Below are positions 51,712 to 64,000 of a DNA stretch of 64,000 nucleotides, one piece after another. Where the stretch lies: positions 172,980,001-173,044,000 of the forward strand of contig JBITNC010000001.1 of assembly GCA_050084985.1 (NCBI GenBank), read 5' to 3'. A model generated the notes under the pieces. It was not told the DNA's origin and ran no database searches. It saw nothing but the letters and a program-made list of their open reading frames with translations. The position numbers were made by a program, and so were the translations under genes. This stretch comes from Nageia nagi (lineage: Eukaryota; Plantae; Pinophyta). The first letter of the stretch is position 1. Every line of letters starts with the position of its first letter.

Positions 51712-54700
51712 TCAAACTTCAATCCCCCTCAACTTCACCAACCTGATAGCATCCCTAAGCTTACAGAACTGAGCTTCCGGGAGAAGCTTGGTGAACAAAT
51801 CAGCGGAGTTCAAGGTGGATGGATAATACTCCAGGTGTATGATGCCATCAAGAACCTTCTCCCTGATAAAATGGACATGGATTTCCATATGTTTTGTTCT
51901 CTGATGGAACACAAGATTCTTAGCCACAAAAATAGCCGACAAATTGTCTAAAGAAATCGAAGATGAGCCACCTTGCTCGTACCCAATTTCTTTCAGAAGA
52001 TGCCTTAGCCAAATGGCTTCCTGGGTTGCAACAGACATGGCACGGTATTCAGCTTCTGTGGTGGAAAGAGAAAACAGTAGGTTGCTTCTTGGAAGTCCAA
52101 GAGATAGCACCTGAACCAATGCTAAACACATACGCAGAGGTTGATTTCCTGTCATATCTATCTCCCCCATAGTCAGAATTTGAGAATCCAAAGAGAACAA
52201 ATGAGGGCAACTTAGAATAATTGAGAGCAAGATCCTTAGTCCCTGCAACATACCTCAAGATTTGTTTAACAGCATTGAAGTGCTTAACATATGGTTTCTG
52301 CATGAATCGTGCCATCAGATTCATTTCAAAGGCAATATCTGGCCTGGATATAGTCAAATACAAAAGACTACCAATTAATTGCTTGTAAGCTGTAGCATAA
52401 GCTAACTGAGAGTTGAAGCTTAGAGAAACAGTGATTCTTGTATTGATTGACTAAGGTAAGTACAATCCTTGTATTGATACACTTGCATTTCAAGATTGTA
52501 GGGCAAGAGACCAAGATCAATCATTTCAAATGTTGTCTTAAGTTTGGATATGCACTCTTGAATGATTTCATCATTATTCCCAATTATCAGAAGATCATCC
52601 ACATAAAGGAGAATCAAGACCACATCTTTCCCTTGATTGAGCACACATAGATCGGAGTCACAAAAACACTTGGAGAAACCAATGTCTGTAAGGTACCCTG
52701 AAATCTTCTTGTACCAGGCTCATGGTGCTTGCTTAAGTCCAGACAATGACTTCTTTAGCTTGCACATAAAGAACTCTTTGCCTTCCAAAATAAAACCTTC
52801 TGGTTGATTCATGAAAATTTCCACATATAAATCACCATTGAAAAATGCACTCTTGATGTCAAGTTGAGAAACTTTCCATCCTTGAAATGCAGAAAAAACA
52901 AGGATAACTCTCACAGTAGCCATCTTTGCCACAAAAGCAAAGGTTTCCTCATAATTTACATTGTATTTCTGAGCAAAACCTTTAGCTACTAACCTTGCCT
53001 TGTATTTCTCAATATCTCCAACTGAATTGAACTTGACCTTGTAGATCTACTTATTGCCGATCACATTCTTTTCATTGGGATAAGGAGCCAAATCCCAAGT
53101 TTTATTTTTCATAAGCGCCTCATACTCCACTTTCATAGTTTCCATCCAACACTCGTACTTAGAAACTTTTTTGAAAGTTGAAGGCTTATGCTTGTTGTCA
53201 AGCTTGGCAATTAAGGATTTGTTCAAGGTCATGCTCCTTGTTATCGACAAAATTTGAGGGCTCATGCCTGTAGCCTCTATGCTGACTATCATAACCCCAA
53301 AGATGCATTTTTCAGCTCTTTTGTCCAACTTTCTTTTCTCAGAAACAATGTAGAAGAATGCTTCACAACCAAACACCCTAAAATGAGAAATGTTAAGTTT
53401 TCTTCCTAACCATGCTTCAAAAAAGTTTTACTTTGAATGGCTTTTGTGGAACACCTATTCAAGGTGTAAATAGCAGTGCTCACAGCTTAACCCCACAAGA
53501 AACTAGGAAGATTACCCAACATGCATCTAGCCATCTCCATAATTGTCCTATTTTTCCTTTCGGCAACACCGTTTTGCTGAGTGTAAGGAATCGTAAACTG
53601 CCTCTTGATTCCATACTTAGCACAAGTCATTGAACTCATTGCTATTATATTCTTTCCATTATCTGATCTTAACATCTTGATTTTAAGGTTAGTTTGATTC
53701 TCAACAAAGGCCTTAAAAACCTTAAAACTCTCAAAAGTTTGATCCTTGTGCTCAAGTAGATACCCAAAGGTCATACTACTAAAGTCATCAATGAAAATCA
53801 AAACGTAAGATGCTCCTCCAATCGACTTAATCTAAAATGGACCCATCAAATCTGAATGCACAAGTTGAAGAGGTTGATATGCTCTTGTGGCTTTATCTTT
53901 TTCAAACTTCTATTTATGCATCTTGCCAAGAATGCACTTCTCGCATAGACCAACCGAAGGAGAAATTAAAGGCAAACCTTCCACAAGTTCTTGGTCTTTC
54001 ATGACTTGAATACTCTTGTCGTTAAGGTGCTCTAAACGATGGTGCCAAAGATTATCTTTAGAACACACACGAGAAGCAAAACACATCTTTGATGGAACTT
54101 GATCCACAATGTAGAGGTTATCTTTCACAGATCCTTTAACCAAAGTGGCAAATCCTTTCTTAATGCACCAAGATTGAGAGTCAAACTCAAAAGAGAACCC
54201 TTTTCTAACAACTTGGATTACGGAGAGAAGGTTCATCCTTAATTTAGGAACATAGAGAACATTTTCAAGAACCTTTCCGTGAATCGACACACTCCCAATT
54301 CATTGGACTTCAAAGGTGGAGTTATCACCTATCACAACCGCATCTTTTCTATACTTGTGAAAGTTCTCAAACTTTTCTTTTTCAAAACATGGGTGATTAG
54401 TGCAACCAGAATCAACAATCCATTCAAACAAAAAAGAGCGAGACATGGAGAAGAGCGTCGCAACAAAACCAGCATAAATATTCTTCTTTCTTTTATAGTT
54501 CTTTACATTTCCATTGCCTTTGAACTTTTTCTCTGTTTTCTTTTTGTAGCAATCAACTTCTTTGTGATCTTGGATGCCACAATAGTTACAATTGCCATCA
54601 AACTTTTCCTTAGGATAAGGAATGTTTGATTTGCCTTTTCCATGTCTTTGCTTGAAGTGGTTGTTGTTGTCGTTGTTCCTGCTACTGTGGTTGTTGTTTC

Positions 54701-55431
54701 TGTTATTCCTGCTGCTGTTGTAGCCATTACCTCTTTTCTCAAACCTTTTGGCAGAAAAAGAATAAGATTTCTTTTGATGGTTGAACTTCTTCTTGAAAGG
54801 AGTTTTGGTTGCTCCAAGAGCAACCTTATTATCCTTAGAAGAAGAAATTATCACCTTATTGTTAAAGGTTTCCTCATGCTTCAATAGGTGCCTTGAAAGG
54901 TTCTCAAAGGAGGACTTCTTCATCATCAAGCCTTGTTTCCATAATCGCCACAAAGTTTCCAAACTTTGAAGAAAGGCTTTGAAGAATGATGAAGACCATG
55001 AACTCATCATTAATCCAATTGCACCCACAAGCAATAAGTTGGGTCCTTAGATCAATGATTTTGTTCAAGTAGATAGCCACATTTTCATCTTTCCCTTGAT
55101 GAGATTGAAGCAACTTTTGGAGAATGGTAAACCTTCTTGAAAAGTTTGATCCAAAGTAAATTTGCTTAAACGTATCCCAAGCTTCCTTTGCCAAGGTTGA
55201 AAACGAAATCATTAGGAGCACATCATCTAAAATTGCACGGTAAATTATGGAAGTTGCTAATTCATTCTTCGTGTTGTAAACCTCTAGTGCCTTCTCATCT
55301 GTAGAAGATACAAGGTTCTCATTCATTGTTTGCCAAAGCTTCCTTGCTTGCAATTCAGCTCTCATCCGAAGTTCCCAAATCCTAAAGTTGGAACCATCGA
55401 GAATGTGTTTGGATAAAAAGAAGTATCCCAT
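51712..55431 (-). pseudogene. Copia gag-pol, mildly decayed
   Basis: gag LDGSNFRIW, zinc knuckle CNYCGIQDHKEVDC, protease WIVDSGCTNH, integrase FIDDFS...QQNGVAERKNRT, RT QLDIKSAF and LYVDDLL, RNase H RTKHMEI...LRGIEV*. Several frameshifts and short deletions. Confidence 0.96.
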
Positions 55432-55749
55432 TTACTACACAAGAATGTGAAATAATAAGCATGTGGTTCAATAAACAACATTAAATGTTAAGTTTTAACC
55501 AAGTAAATAATACATGTTGCATGGGACTAGCATGTACAAGCATCACCAAAAAAAAATCCTAAAGAAAGCATAAAAATAACATAAAGCAAATATATTCATG
55601 CAAAAAGTTACCCAAACCCTAAAGAAAGGGAGAGACGTATTCTAGAACGAGCAAGGGAGGGTCATCATGTGTCTCTTCGAGAAAGAGAATGCGAGTGCTC
55701 TCCGCATAGGGGAGAGATCTCGTTGGTCCCTAAGGGTCGTGCTTGTGGT

Positions 55750-56460
55750 ATTATTGTTAGAGGTCAAGAAGGATGAGATTGGTCAAGTCCTTAGCAAAGT
55801 CTGAGTGTCCTAAAGGCGTCTCTTGATATAACGAGTGGGGTGTGGAGGGTCATCTCGCCATCTCCTACGAACCTCCTCAATAGAAGAAGATCCAACAAAA
55901 GATGTATTGCAACGGTCCCTTGTTGAATGTTGAGTGCAAACCACAAGACAGTTCCACAAAAGGAAGGTCTCTCGAAAATAAAGAGCTGAACAACGTTGAT
56001 CAAGGTATTGGAGGAATATAGATAGCAAGTTGTGTGAGTCTCAAAAAAGGCAATGGTATCGGCCTTGGATCTCATAATAGACCAAGCATTGAAAGATGTA
56101 GGGGTCTTCAAACTCAGTCTCAAGCAAACAAAGGTGAAAAACACACAAAATAATGAGCTAGGTGGTAATTTGTCTCGATCCACAATTCATGGGAGCAAAC
56201 CTGAAACTACCCAAGGAACATCCTCAATCCAAGATGTAGATGTAAGTTAATGTAGCCACGTGGAAGGATCAACCCTTTGAGAAGGAATTATTTCCCCTTA
56301 TTCAGCGATCATCATGAAATAATCAAGACGAAAAAGAAACCAAGCATTTAGATGAGAATGAGTTACTGAACTCCTTAATACCCCAAGGTTTCTTATGGAA
56401 GCTTGTGTCCTTAATACAAGCTTGAATTGTGTAGGTCTTGTTTGGGAATCAGCTAAGTGG
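55750..56460 (-). repeat. Unclassified dispersed repeat with coding-like conservation (copy 1)
   Basis: Homologous to 63200-63810 at DNA level (GGGTCATCTC, TCTCATAATA, TCTCGATCCA, AAGGAACATCCTCAA) and at peptide level. Confidence 0.7.
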
Positions 56461-57729
56461 TGGGATAGAGGTGGTAACTGTTAACACATGTTTTTTATAA
56501 GGACTGAGGTTTTTATCATGCAATGTTTGAAAGTTGTTATAGATTTTAAAGAAAGTAAAAATAAAGAAAATGAAAAAGTTGAGAAAGAGGTGATACTTCG
56601 CTAGATTTCAGAGAGATTATCACAATGTAAGCATTGTCTAAGCTTTCTTTCTTTTGGATCAGTTAAGAGGTCTTGTTCAATTCAATCAAACTTCGAAAAC
56701 AAAAGACTAATGTCCAATCATTTCAAAGAAGAGCGGAAAGCAAAGAAAATTACATTTGATACCCCCCTTCTTTTTATTAAAAAGGTAAAATAACCAATTT
56801 GCCTCTTTAAAACTTGTGTGAGAATATTTAACTTTTGTGAAAACAAAGTATTAATGAGAGAGAGAAAAATGCCCCATGTAGTTCAATAAGTTTCCCTTGT
56901 CTTTCCTTTTGTGAACAACAATAAGAATGAACCTTTTGAGTAACATGCACCTTTGATGAAGGAGTCACATTCCATGATCTATCAATACATGGAACCAAAA
57001 AAAAAATCATCTTATCCTAGATAAATGCATGTGCCTCCTTTTAGTTTGAAAAAAAAAAAGATGCTTCAATTTAGTGAAAGAATATTTCAAAAAAGAATAA
57101 TGAACAACCAAAAAATAAACACAATGCAAGTTTTTGATATGAGTGAGGAGGCTGGGCAAGGGATTGAGCAAAGAGGAGGCGGTGAGGATTTGGCAAAGCA
57201 GTGACAGAGGGCAACCACGCCAACAACAACGGAGGGAGGATGTGCATGGGTGTGAGGGGTTTTGTCCAAGTGTATGTCGCGAGGGGCAGGTTACCAAAGA
57301 CATGGCTTTCCACGATGAGCAGAGTGGAGCGTTGGCACTGGTAGTGGGGGCAATAGAACATGAGTGGTGGCGTTAGACGCAGGGGTGCCAGACACGTTTC
57401 TCCCCCTCCATAGCTGACAACCTACGATATCACTACGATAGCAAAGATAGAGGGCAAAGGAGCCGCACACCGTGGGAGGAGGAACAAGGTCTGGCTGCAT
57501 AGTGCCAAATCAATGGCGAGGGTTTAGCGTAGTGGAGCCAAAGGTTTTGGCATAAACAAAGCTCCCAAGATGGCCTAGTCCGAAAGAATTCTGTCCAAGA
57601 TTGCAAGCAGATGGCTCCCACAATTTTATGCACCAAGCACGGAAGAGAGGTGGTTGCGTAGGATTTGCAGCAAAAGGTATTTGTCACAATATTTACATAG
57701 TATATTTTTTGTTTTGTTTTTTTCGTATA

Positions 57730-57970
57730 TTTTATGTATACAAAAAAAAAGGTGATCGATATACAAAACTAGGATATATTTTGTATATTTAAAGAAAGTT
57801 TTGTATATATAAAAAAAATAGAATGTTGTGTATATTGTGGAACAAATTTGTTGTATATACAAAAATAGAATATTTTGTATATTTAAATCAAATGTGTTGT
57901 ATATACAAAAATAGAATATTTTGTATATTTAAAACAAATGTATTGTATAGGATAACTATATTTGTACGAC
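57730..57970. repeat. AT-rich tandem repeat (~50 bp unit)
   Basis: TATATACAAAAATAGAATATTTTGTATATTTAAA repeated. Confidence 0.85.
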
Positions 57971-58210
57971 TCATAAGGCAAGATTTATAAAAGAAATTGC
58001 ACTTACTAACAAGGAATAAAATTTGTTAGTAAAAAGATGTATAGCAACAATATAAGTATTGCATTTCAAGCAAATTTTGTGAAGAAAAGAATGCAACTAA
58101 CACAAACAAATGTTAGTATTATTGAAATAACTCAAAAATGAATGTGAGGAGGTATACCTTAATGGATATGTTACATCACAAAATGGAGCAGGAAGATCCT
58201 CCAAGGAAGA

Positions 58211-58222
58211 GCTCTGATACCA
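58211..58222 (-). promoter_or_regulatory. PBS (tRNA-iMet)
   Basis: GCTCTGATACCA, i.e. perfect TGGTATCAGAGC on the minus strand. Confidence 0.95.
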
Positions 58223-58224
58223 AT

Positions 58225-58671
58225 TGAAAGGAGATGAAGGTTCCAACCCAAGACCACCTTAGATGAACAATCCTACTTCTAAGAACACTTAATTAATCAC
58301 ACACACAAAATAACACAAGCATGTATAGTGGTTCCTCTCAATATGACAGTACTCCACTCTAATCTCAAGATCTTATACTTCTCAAAGAGCTTACAACTTT
58401 TCTCTCAATCTCTACCTCCAAAGTATGAGCATAACTTTGCTCTATTCAAGTGTGTATTTACAACAAGGCCAAGCCTTCTATTTATAGCAAAAATCCCCAT
58501 CTTAACTCACCTTTGAACCCAAGGTTTACATAAGGTGAGAGTAGGCAAGTTGCACTTATTTAATTCTCTAAATACTAGAAGGTATTTAGAAATGCTTTTA
58601 GGTATTTGGAAGAATTAAATAAGTGTGCAATATTTTAGATACTTAACAATAATGCATTAGAAGTTCTAACA
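58225..58671 (-). repeat. 5' LTR of Copia
   Basis: TGAAAGG...TTCTAACA next to the PBS. Shares blocks ATAACACAAG, TGGTTCCTC, GCATAACTTT, GCCTTCTATTTATAG and CAATAATGCATTA with 50423-50920. Confidence 0.88.
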
Positions 58672-59299
58672 AAAAGTTTATAAATAGACCATAGGGGGTC
58701 ACTTTTGAAGTAGAAAGTTTTTAGTGCAAATTTGTGGAAAATTGGCAAATTGATGTATCTTTGTAATTTTTATATAAATCTAATACAAAGTGGTGGAATA
58801 TTTGAAACAAAGAGATTTGTCATTTGTGAGCTTGTGGATTTGACCATTTTGGAGCTTTTTGAGATGATTTAAGATCTTTCACGTTGAAAATTCCTGAATT
58901 TTAGGAAAAAATTCTGAAATTTTTAGTTTTTGAATCACTCCCAAATCGTTGCCTTTCCATAATTTGCATAGTAAGTGAATGTATTCTCGGTTTTTCTTCC
59001 TTTTATGACATCAAATTAGATTTCTTCATTCGAAATGAAGTTTGTGCACACTTGTCGTGTTATGTCTTTCTTTTGATTGCATTGTTCCTGCTTGCAATGT
59101 ACCGACGTTCAGCTCTCCTCCCGCTCCTCTTAAGAATAGATTGAAATTAAGTTATTCTATCTTTAGGTTGGAGGACTTCGAATGAAATTTCTTAAATGAT
59201 ACTGAACCAAAAAACCTTAGACACTACTTCACTGTGACCTTTTCTTTGTCATCTCACTAGTATTCGAAACATTCTTGTTTGCTTTTCTTTTCATTATTT

Positions 59300-62200
59300 T
59301 ACACTTTCTTTAAACATATGGCAACTTTCGAACTACTATAAGATAAAACACCTCAGTCCCTACAAAAAAACATGAGTTAACAGTTATTACCTCTACTACA
59401 CCACTCAGCTAATTCCCAAACAAGACCTACACAATTTAAAGCTCGTATTAACGACACAAGCTTTCTGATAGAAACCTTGGGGTATCAATCCTTACAAGAG
59501 GAGTTCAATAATGCGTTCTCACCTACATGCTGGGTCGCTTTCCCGTCTTGATCGTATAGGCGATCGTCAAGTAAGAGGAAAGGTTTCCTTCCCAACACAA
59601 TGGAGCTTCCAAATGCTCTACCCATTTGGATTCGCTTATTTTGTTTTGTCTCCAAAAATTTGGCTAGAATAAATCTATCAACAAATTGGAGAGATAATGG
59701 CACCTCTAAATTGACGTAAGAGGTGAGATTCATTTCCTATGCCTAAATTTGTGTTAATTTGGATATTTCCAAACCATTACCTGAATTCATAGAGTTGGAG
59801 ACTAGGGAATAAATTTGGAAAAAAAGCCTACCTATCCCTTTGAAATGTCAAGCATGTCATAAATATGAGCACTTCATTAGACAACACCCCTTCACTAAAT
59901 CAGCTCAAGCCCAAAGGTAAATCCTCTAATTCAGTAGGCCTATAGCAAAATTACCTAAGAAAATGTACATAGATACCGACCAAAATGTTGACAGAAAGAT
60001 TGATTAGAAGAAATTACAAAGGTAAGGCAAAAATCTAATTGAGTCGGTCAGAACAAAGGATTGGATCTCAATTTTCTCTAACTAGTCTAAATGAAAGTCC
60101 TTTATGAACCTAGCAACATGTTGTTAAACGACTCATAAGGAATCAAGAACCAAGTTGTGTGTTTCTACAAAAGACCAAAATCTTGAAAGAGAATTTGCAA
60201 TGTATAGTGCTAAGGGTTTGGTGAGGTTCTGGATGCCTAGCCAAGGACTCCACATCAGCTTATGGAGTGGTACCACACCTATAGAATGCGTGTCACCTAG
60301 ATATGCATGTTTCTTTTGGAATAAAGTCAAGCCTAGTGTGTGTAGGTAGGGGGAGACAAACCGTGGAGCAACTAGCATTGAGAAATATTTATGGAGCCCT
60401 AAACATAGAGAGCAAAAGGTCCTATGGCGAGATATTGACGATATGATTGCTCAACTTCCTATATATAAAATAATTCTTGGATAAGACTTCAATCATTCAA
60501 TGTTATTGCTAGCCTTGATGAAAAGATGGGGGTGAGGTAGTTGGAACCCTCTGTAGATTTGATAAAGCACCATGTCTCATTTGTCCATGGTTGATATTAT
60601 GTCAAATAATGGTATGATCACTTGGAATAATTTTCGACGAGTTGAGGCTCAAATTGCTAAGTATAGAACCATCTTTTAGTCCAACAAAGCCTGTTGGAGA
60701 ATGAATTCATTCCTATGGTCAAGATCTTGAATGGGGTTGGTTCAAACGTTGGCTTACAGAGCTAGAGATTTCACCTCAATTAAAAAGTCATCCTCTTTTT
60801 ACTTCTAGTATTGTGTCTTAGAGACTCATCCTTTAGTTCATTACTTGAGCAATGGTGGGAAGAGGGTAGATCACACCATGGTTGCACCAACCATTGTTTC
60901 TCTAAATAGCTTCAATTCCTTAACTCGCATTAGAAACATTGGAATTTGACATAATTTGATGATATATATGAAAAGGAGCAAGATGCTTGGAAATTGGAAG
61001 AGGTTAATGAAGACATCTAAATGGTATTTCTCATAAGGGAAATCAAGTTACCCAATGACGTAGAGGAATGGGAGGCTCAAGAGGAGCTTTTTTGGAGGCA
61101 AAATTTAGGATTTGTTGGCCCAAGGAGGAGAAGGATAGGAACAAAGCCTTCTTCAACGAGACCATTCTCTCGTATCAGGCCATAATTTTATCTTGAATCT
61201 CAAAGATGCTATAGAAAATTTTATTCATGCATGAGAGGACCTCCAATCTAAGGCAAATGATTACTTTTATAGGCTTTTTAAGAAGATTAATTTGAATTAT
61301 AAAGCTCAATAAAGGGTGTTGTAGGCCATTCCTAAGTTTATTCAACTTATCAAAATGAGAAATTTTTGGCTCCAAATTTCTATGAAGGAATTAGAATGCA
61401 CAATGTTCAATACGAAGAAAGGAAAGACCCAAGGTCTTGATGGCTTCCCTATTGAATCTTACCAATTTTTTTGAGATATGCTTAAGGAGGATCTTCTTAA
61501 GGTTCTAGAAGAATCTAGGACATTACAAGGAGTACTAAAAGTGATAAACAATACCTTCATTGCTCTCTAGCTAAATGTTTGAAATGATGACTATAGCTAA
61601 TTTTAGACCAACCTCTCTTTGCAATGTTTTTTACAAGATCATCACCAAAGTTATGGTGGACAGATTACATCCCTTTCTACACCTTATCTCCCCAAAGCAA
61701 GGAGAATTTGTAAGGGATAGGAAAAATTTGGATGACATTTTACTTGCACAAGAAACAACCCACTCAATGGCCTCCCAAAAGGACCTAGCTATGTTTATTA
61801 GGTTAGATTTGCCTAAAGATTATGATCGCATGGATTGGCATTTCCTTAAAGGGATGCCACAAAGATTTGGGTTTCCTCCAGCATGGTGGATTGGATTTAG
61901 AGGTGTCTCACTACGGTCTTCTTTTCAATATTGATAAATTATGGTCCATCAAAGCTCTTTGCTCCAAAACAAGACATGCAATGAGGTGATCCCCTCTCTC
62001 CATACCTCTTTATTATTCTTGTTGATGTTTTAGGAGACATCTTACCAAGGCTCATGAAGCTTACAAAATTAAAGGATTCAAGTGCACTACAGAAGCTCCT
62101 ACACTCACATTTACAATTTGTTGATGATATTACCCTATTGGTAGCAACACATTATAGGGAAGCCTCAAGTATAAAGCAGATCTTCCCATTGTATTAGTTC

Positions 62201-62970
62201 AACTAATTAACGAGGCTAAATCGCAAGTGGTGTTTTTTCATACCCATATGAGAAGGAGACTCTCATTTCTAAACATTTCAAAGTTCCAACAAGGTTCCCT
62301 CCCCTTCACCTACTCGGGGCTCCAACTTTCAAACAATCCTTATTACGGAAACTCCATTCCAAAATTATCTTATGGACTCACAAATGGTTTTCTTCTAAAG
62401 CTAGGATCACTCTAGTTAAATCAAGTTCGCACAACATATCCATCTATCTCAATTTTGTTTTAAATATCCCCAAGGGTATTTTGGGTAAGATTGACTAGTT
62501 TTTTTGACAATTTCTACGATGTGGAGGAAATATAGACAAGAAATAGGCACTATGGTACAATAAAATTTGGAGGATTGGATTGTCACTACACTATAAAGCC
62601 CAACAAGAGTTGGCAACAATACATTTTTGAAGTTGGTTTACTAGTCGATCCCAACTTTGAGCCCAAAAACTCCAATTCAAATATGGGGTAGTCGGGATTC
62701 ACAAGACCTACTACATTTGAAACGTCCATATCGAGGATCTCCCATCCTCAAAATCCTAGACAAAGGAGCCAAGATGATTAAACCCAAGCTTTTTTAAGGG
62801 TTAGAAATGGGCAACTTGTAAAGTTTTCATATGATGCTTGGGATGGAAATCCTCCGATTCTCCTTCAACATCCTAAATTGTAAAGATTGGCAACAAATAT
62901 GGAGATATATACGTGGATCGACATTTGTGGCTACTAGACTCAAGGGGTTATCTTCATGAAAGAAAGAAAG
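59300..62970 (+). mobile_element. L1-type LINE, decayed (ORF1 zinc knuckle, endonuclease, RT)
   Basis: ICVNLDISKPLP and CQACHKYEH (ORF1); NIYG, G.DFN, TWNN (APE); GLDGFP, NFRPTSLCNVFYKIITK, LDLPKDYDRMDW (61575-61934), GDPLSPYLF, LQFVDD, LPFTY (RT). Confidence 0.9.
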
Positions 62971-63199
62971 AAAGTATATTAATGTCCGCAAGTGACCAAA
63001 AGCGATCAATGGGACTGTGAGGTGCAAATGTATGAAGCAACATGTGGGTAATAGTGCAAAAATAGTGCAAAAATACAATAGAGCAGATAAGCCTTTAAAA
63101 GTAGTACATAATCGAACAGTAAAATAAACTAGTCAAGATAGTCGAGGGGGTGGGTTCTCATCTCCAATTGGGCTCTCCTTAGTCTATGGTAACTATGGT

Positions 63200-63810
63200 C
63201 ACATGGACCCTACTGGAGCTAAAGAAGGATGTGATCAGCTAAGACCAGAAAGGAATAGGATCAACACACAATCGTTGTCTAGAGCATCGGGCAGGCGAAA
63301 CGGGGTCATCTCTCCTCCTCCTATGGTCTCTCTCCTCCGAGGAGGCTGGAAAGAATGAAATAAAAAAGCAATCACCTATCAAGTGTTGCGCATAGGATAA
63401 TAGATGTTTCCTAAGAAGGAATGTTGCCCTAAGATAGAGTACCACACAATGCTCGTCCAGGAATTGAAAGAATACCAAGATTGAGCTATGTAAATCACGG
63501 AAAAGATAGTGGTATCATCCCCAGATCTCATAATAAATCGAGCACCTGAAGATGAAATGATCCTCAATCTCAAACTTTAGCAAGCACAACTAACATACTC
63601 AAAGCTCATGTGCTAAATAGTGATCAATCTCGATCCATAGTTGATGGGAGCACACTTTGAATTGTCAAAGGAACATCCTCAAGCCAAGAGGGAGGTGTAA
63701 ACCGATGTATCGAGGTGGGAGTATCGACCCTCTGTTAATCTACAAAAAGTGATAAGAGTAATGCAACAACTTGGGTGTGAGGGGATGTTGGGAAGCGACC
63801 CAAGTGTGCT
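63200..63810 (-). repeat. Unclassified dispersed repeat with coding-like conservation (copy 2)
   Basis: ORFs 63239-63478 and 63379-63573 align with 55810-56028 and 55791-56183. Confidence 0.7.
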
Positions 63811-64000
63811 AAATATATGTCTTGTAAATCATGTCTTTGATCACTGACAAAGTATCAACTGGGACTTTATGTGTGTCCCCCTGAGGTAAAGGTAGTTGAT
63901 CGTGAGAAAACGCAAAGTGTCGTAAAGCCTTTTTGACCTCGATGAACCAATGAAGACTTTATCGACTAAAATGGAATCAACTCAATGCAAAATTATTGAG

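Larger units (their letters stand above)
50423..58671 (-). mobile_element. Ty1/Copia retrotransposon, apparently chimeric (non-matching LTRs, no TSD)
   Basis: LTR-PBS-long leader-gag-pol-3'UTR-PPT-LTR order on the minus strand; flanks TCGAA and AAAAG differ. Confidence 0.88.

Noticed and set aside
57007-57690. GC-rich patch with several overlapping short ORFs
   Set aside because: No recognisable domain; ORF density is explained by GC content; likely TE leader sequence.

Overview
AT-rich, repeat-dominated plant nuclear DNA, most consistent with a gymnosperm (inferred from a TatII-type retroelement and a giant TE-filled intron). The only intact host gene is the 3' part (last 5 exons, minus strand, 33303-38237) of aminodeoxychorismate synthase (ADCS, PabB-like domain). 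I found no upstream exon, so 38238-64000 is probably one intron of over 25 kb. It holds a LINE remnant, a hAT element, a Tat-like LTR segment, a solo LTR, a chimeric Copia and an L1 LINE. Downstream of the gene (1-32 kb) lie a decayed TatII Gypsy element, a mosaic of shuffled and tandemly amplified PPR fragments with a hairpin and a CACTA end, a decayed Copia, and a full-length but ancient chromovirus. The most unusual observation is that the TatII element's apparent 5' LTR is ~6.1 kb and encloses a ~1100-codon gene with its own TATA box. A diverged homologue of that gene sits in a similar LTR context at 45990-50422. All alignments and translations were done by eye, so boundaries of decayed elements are approximate.
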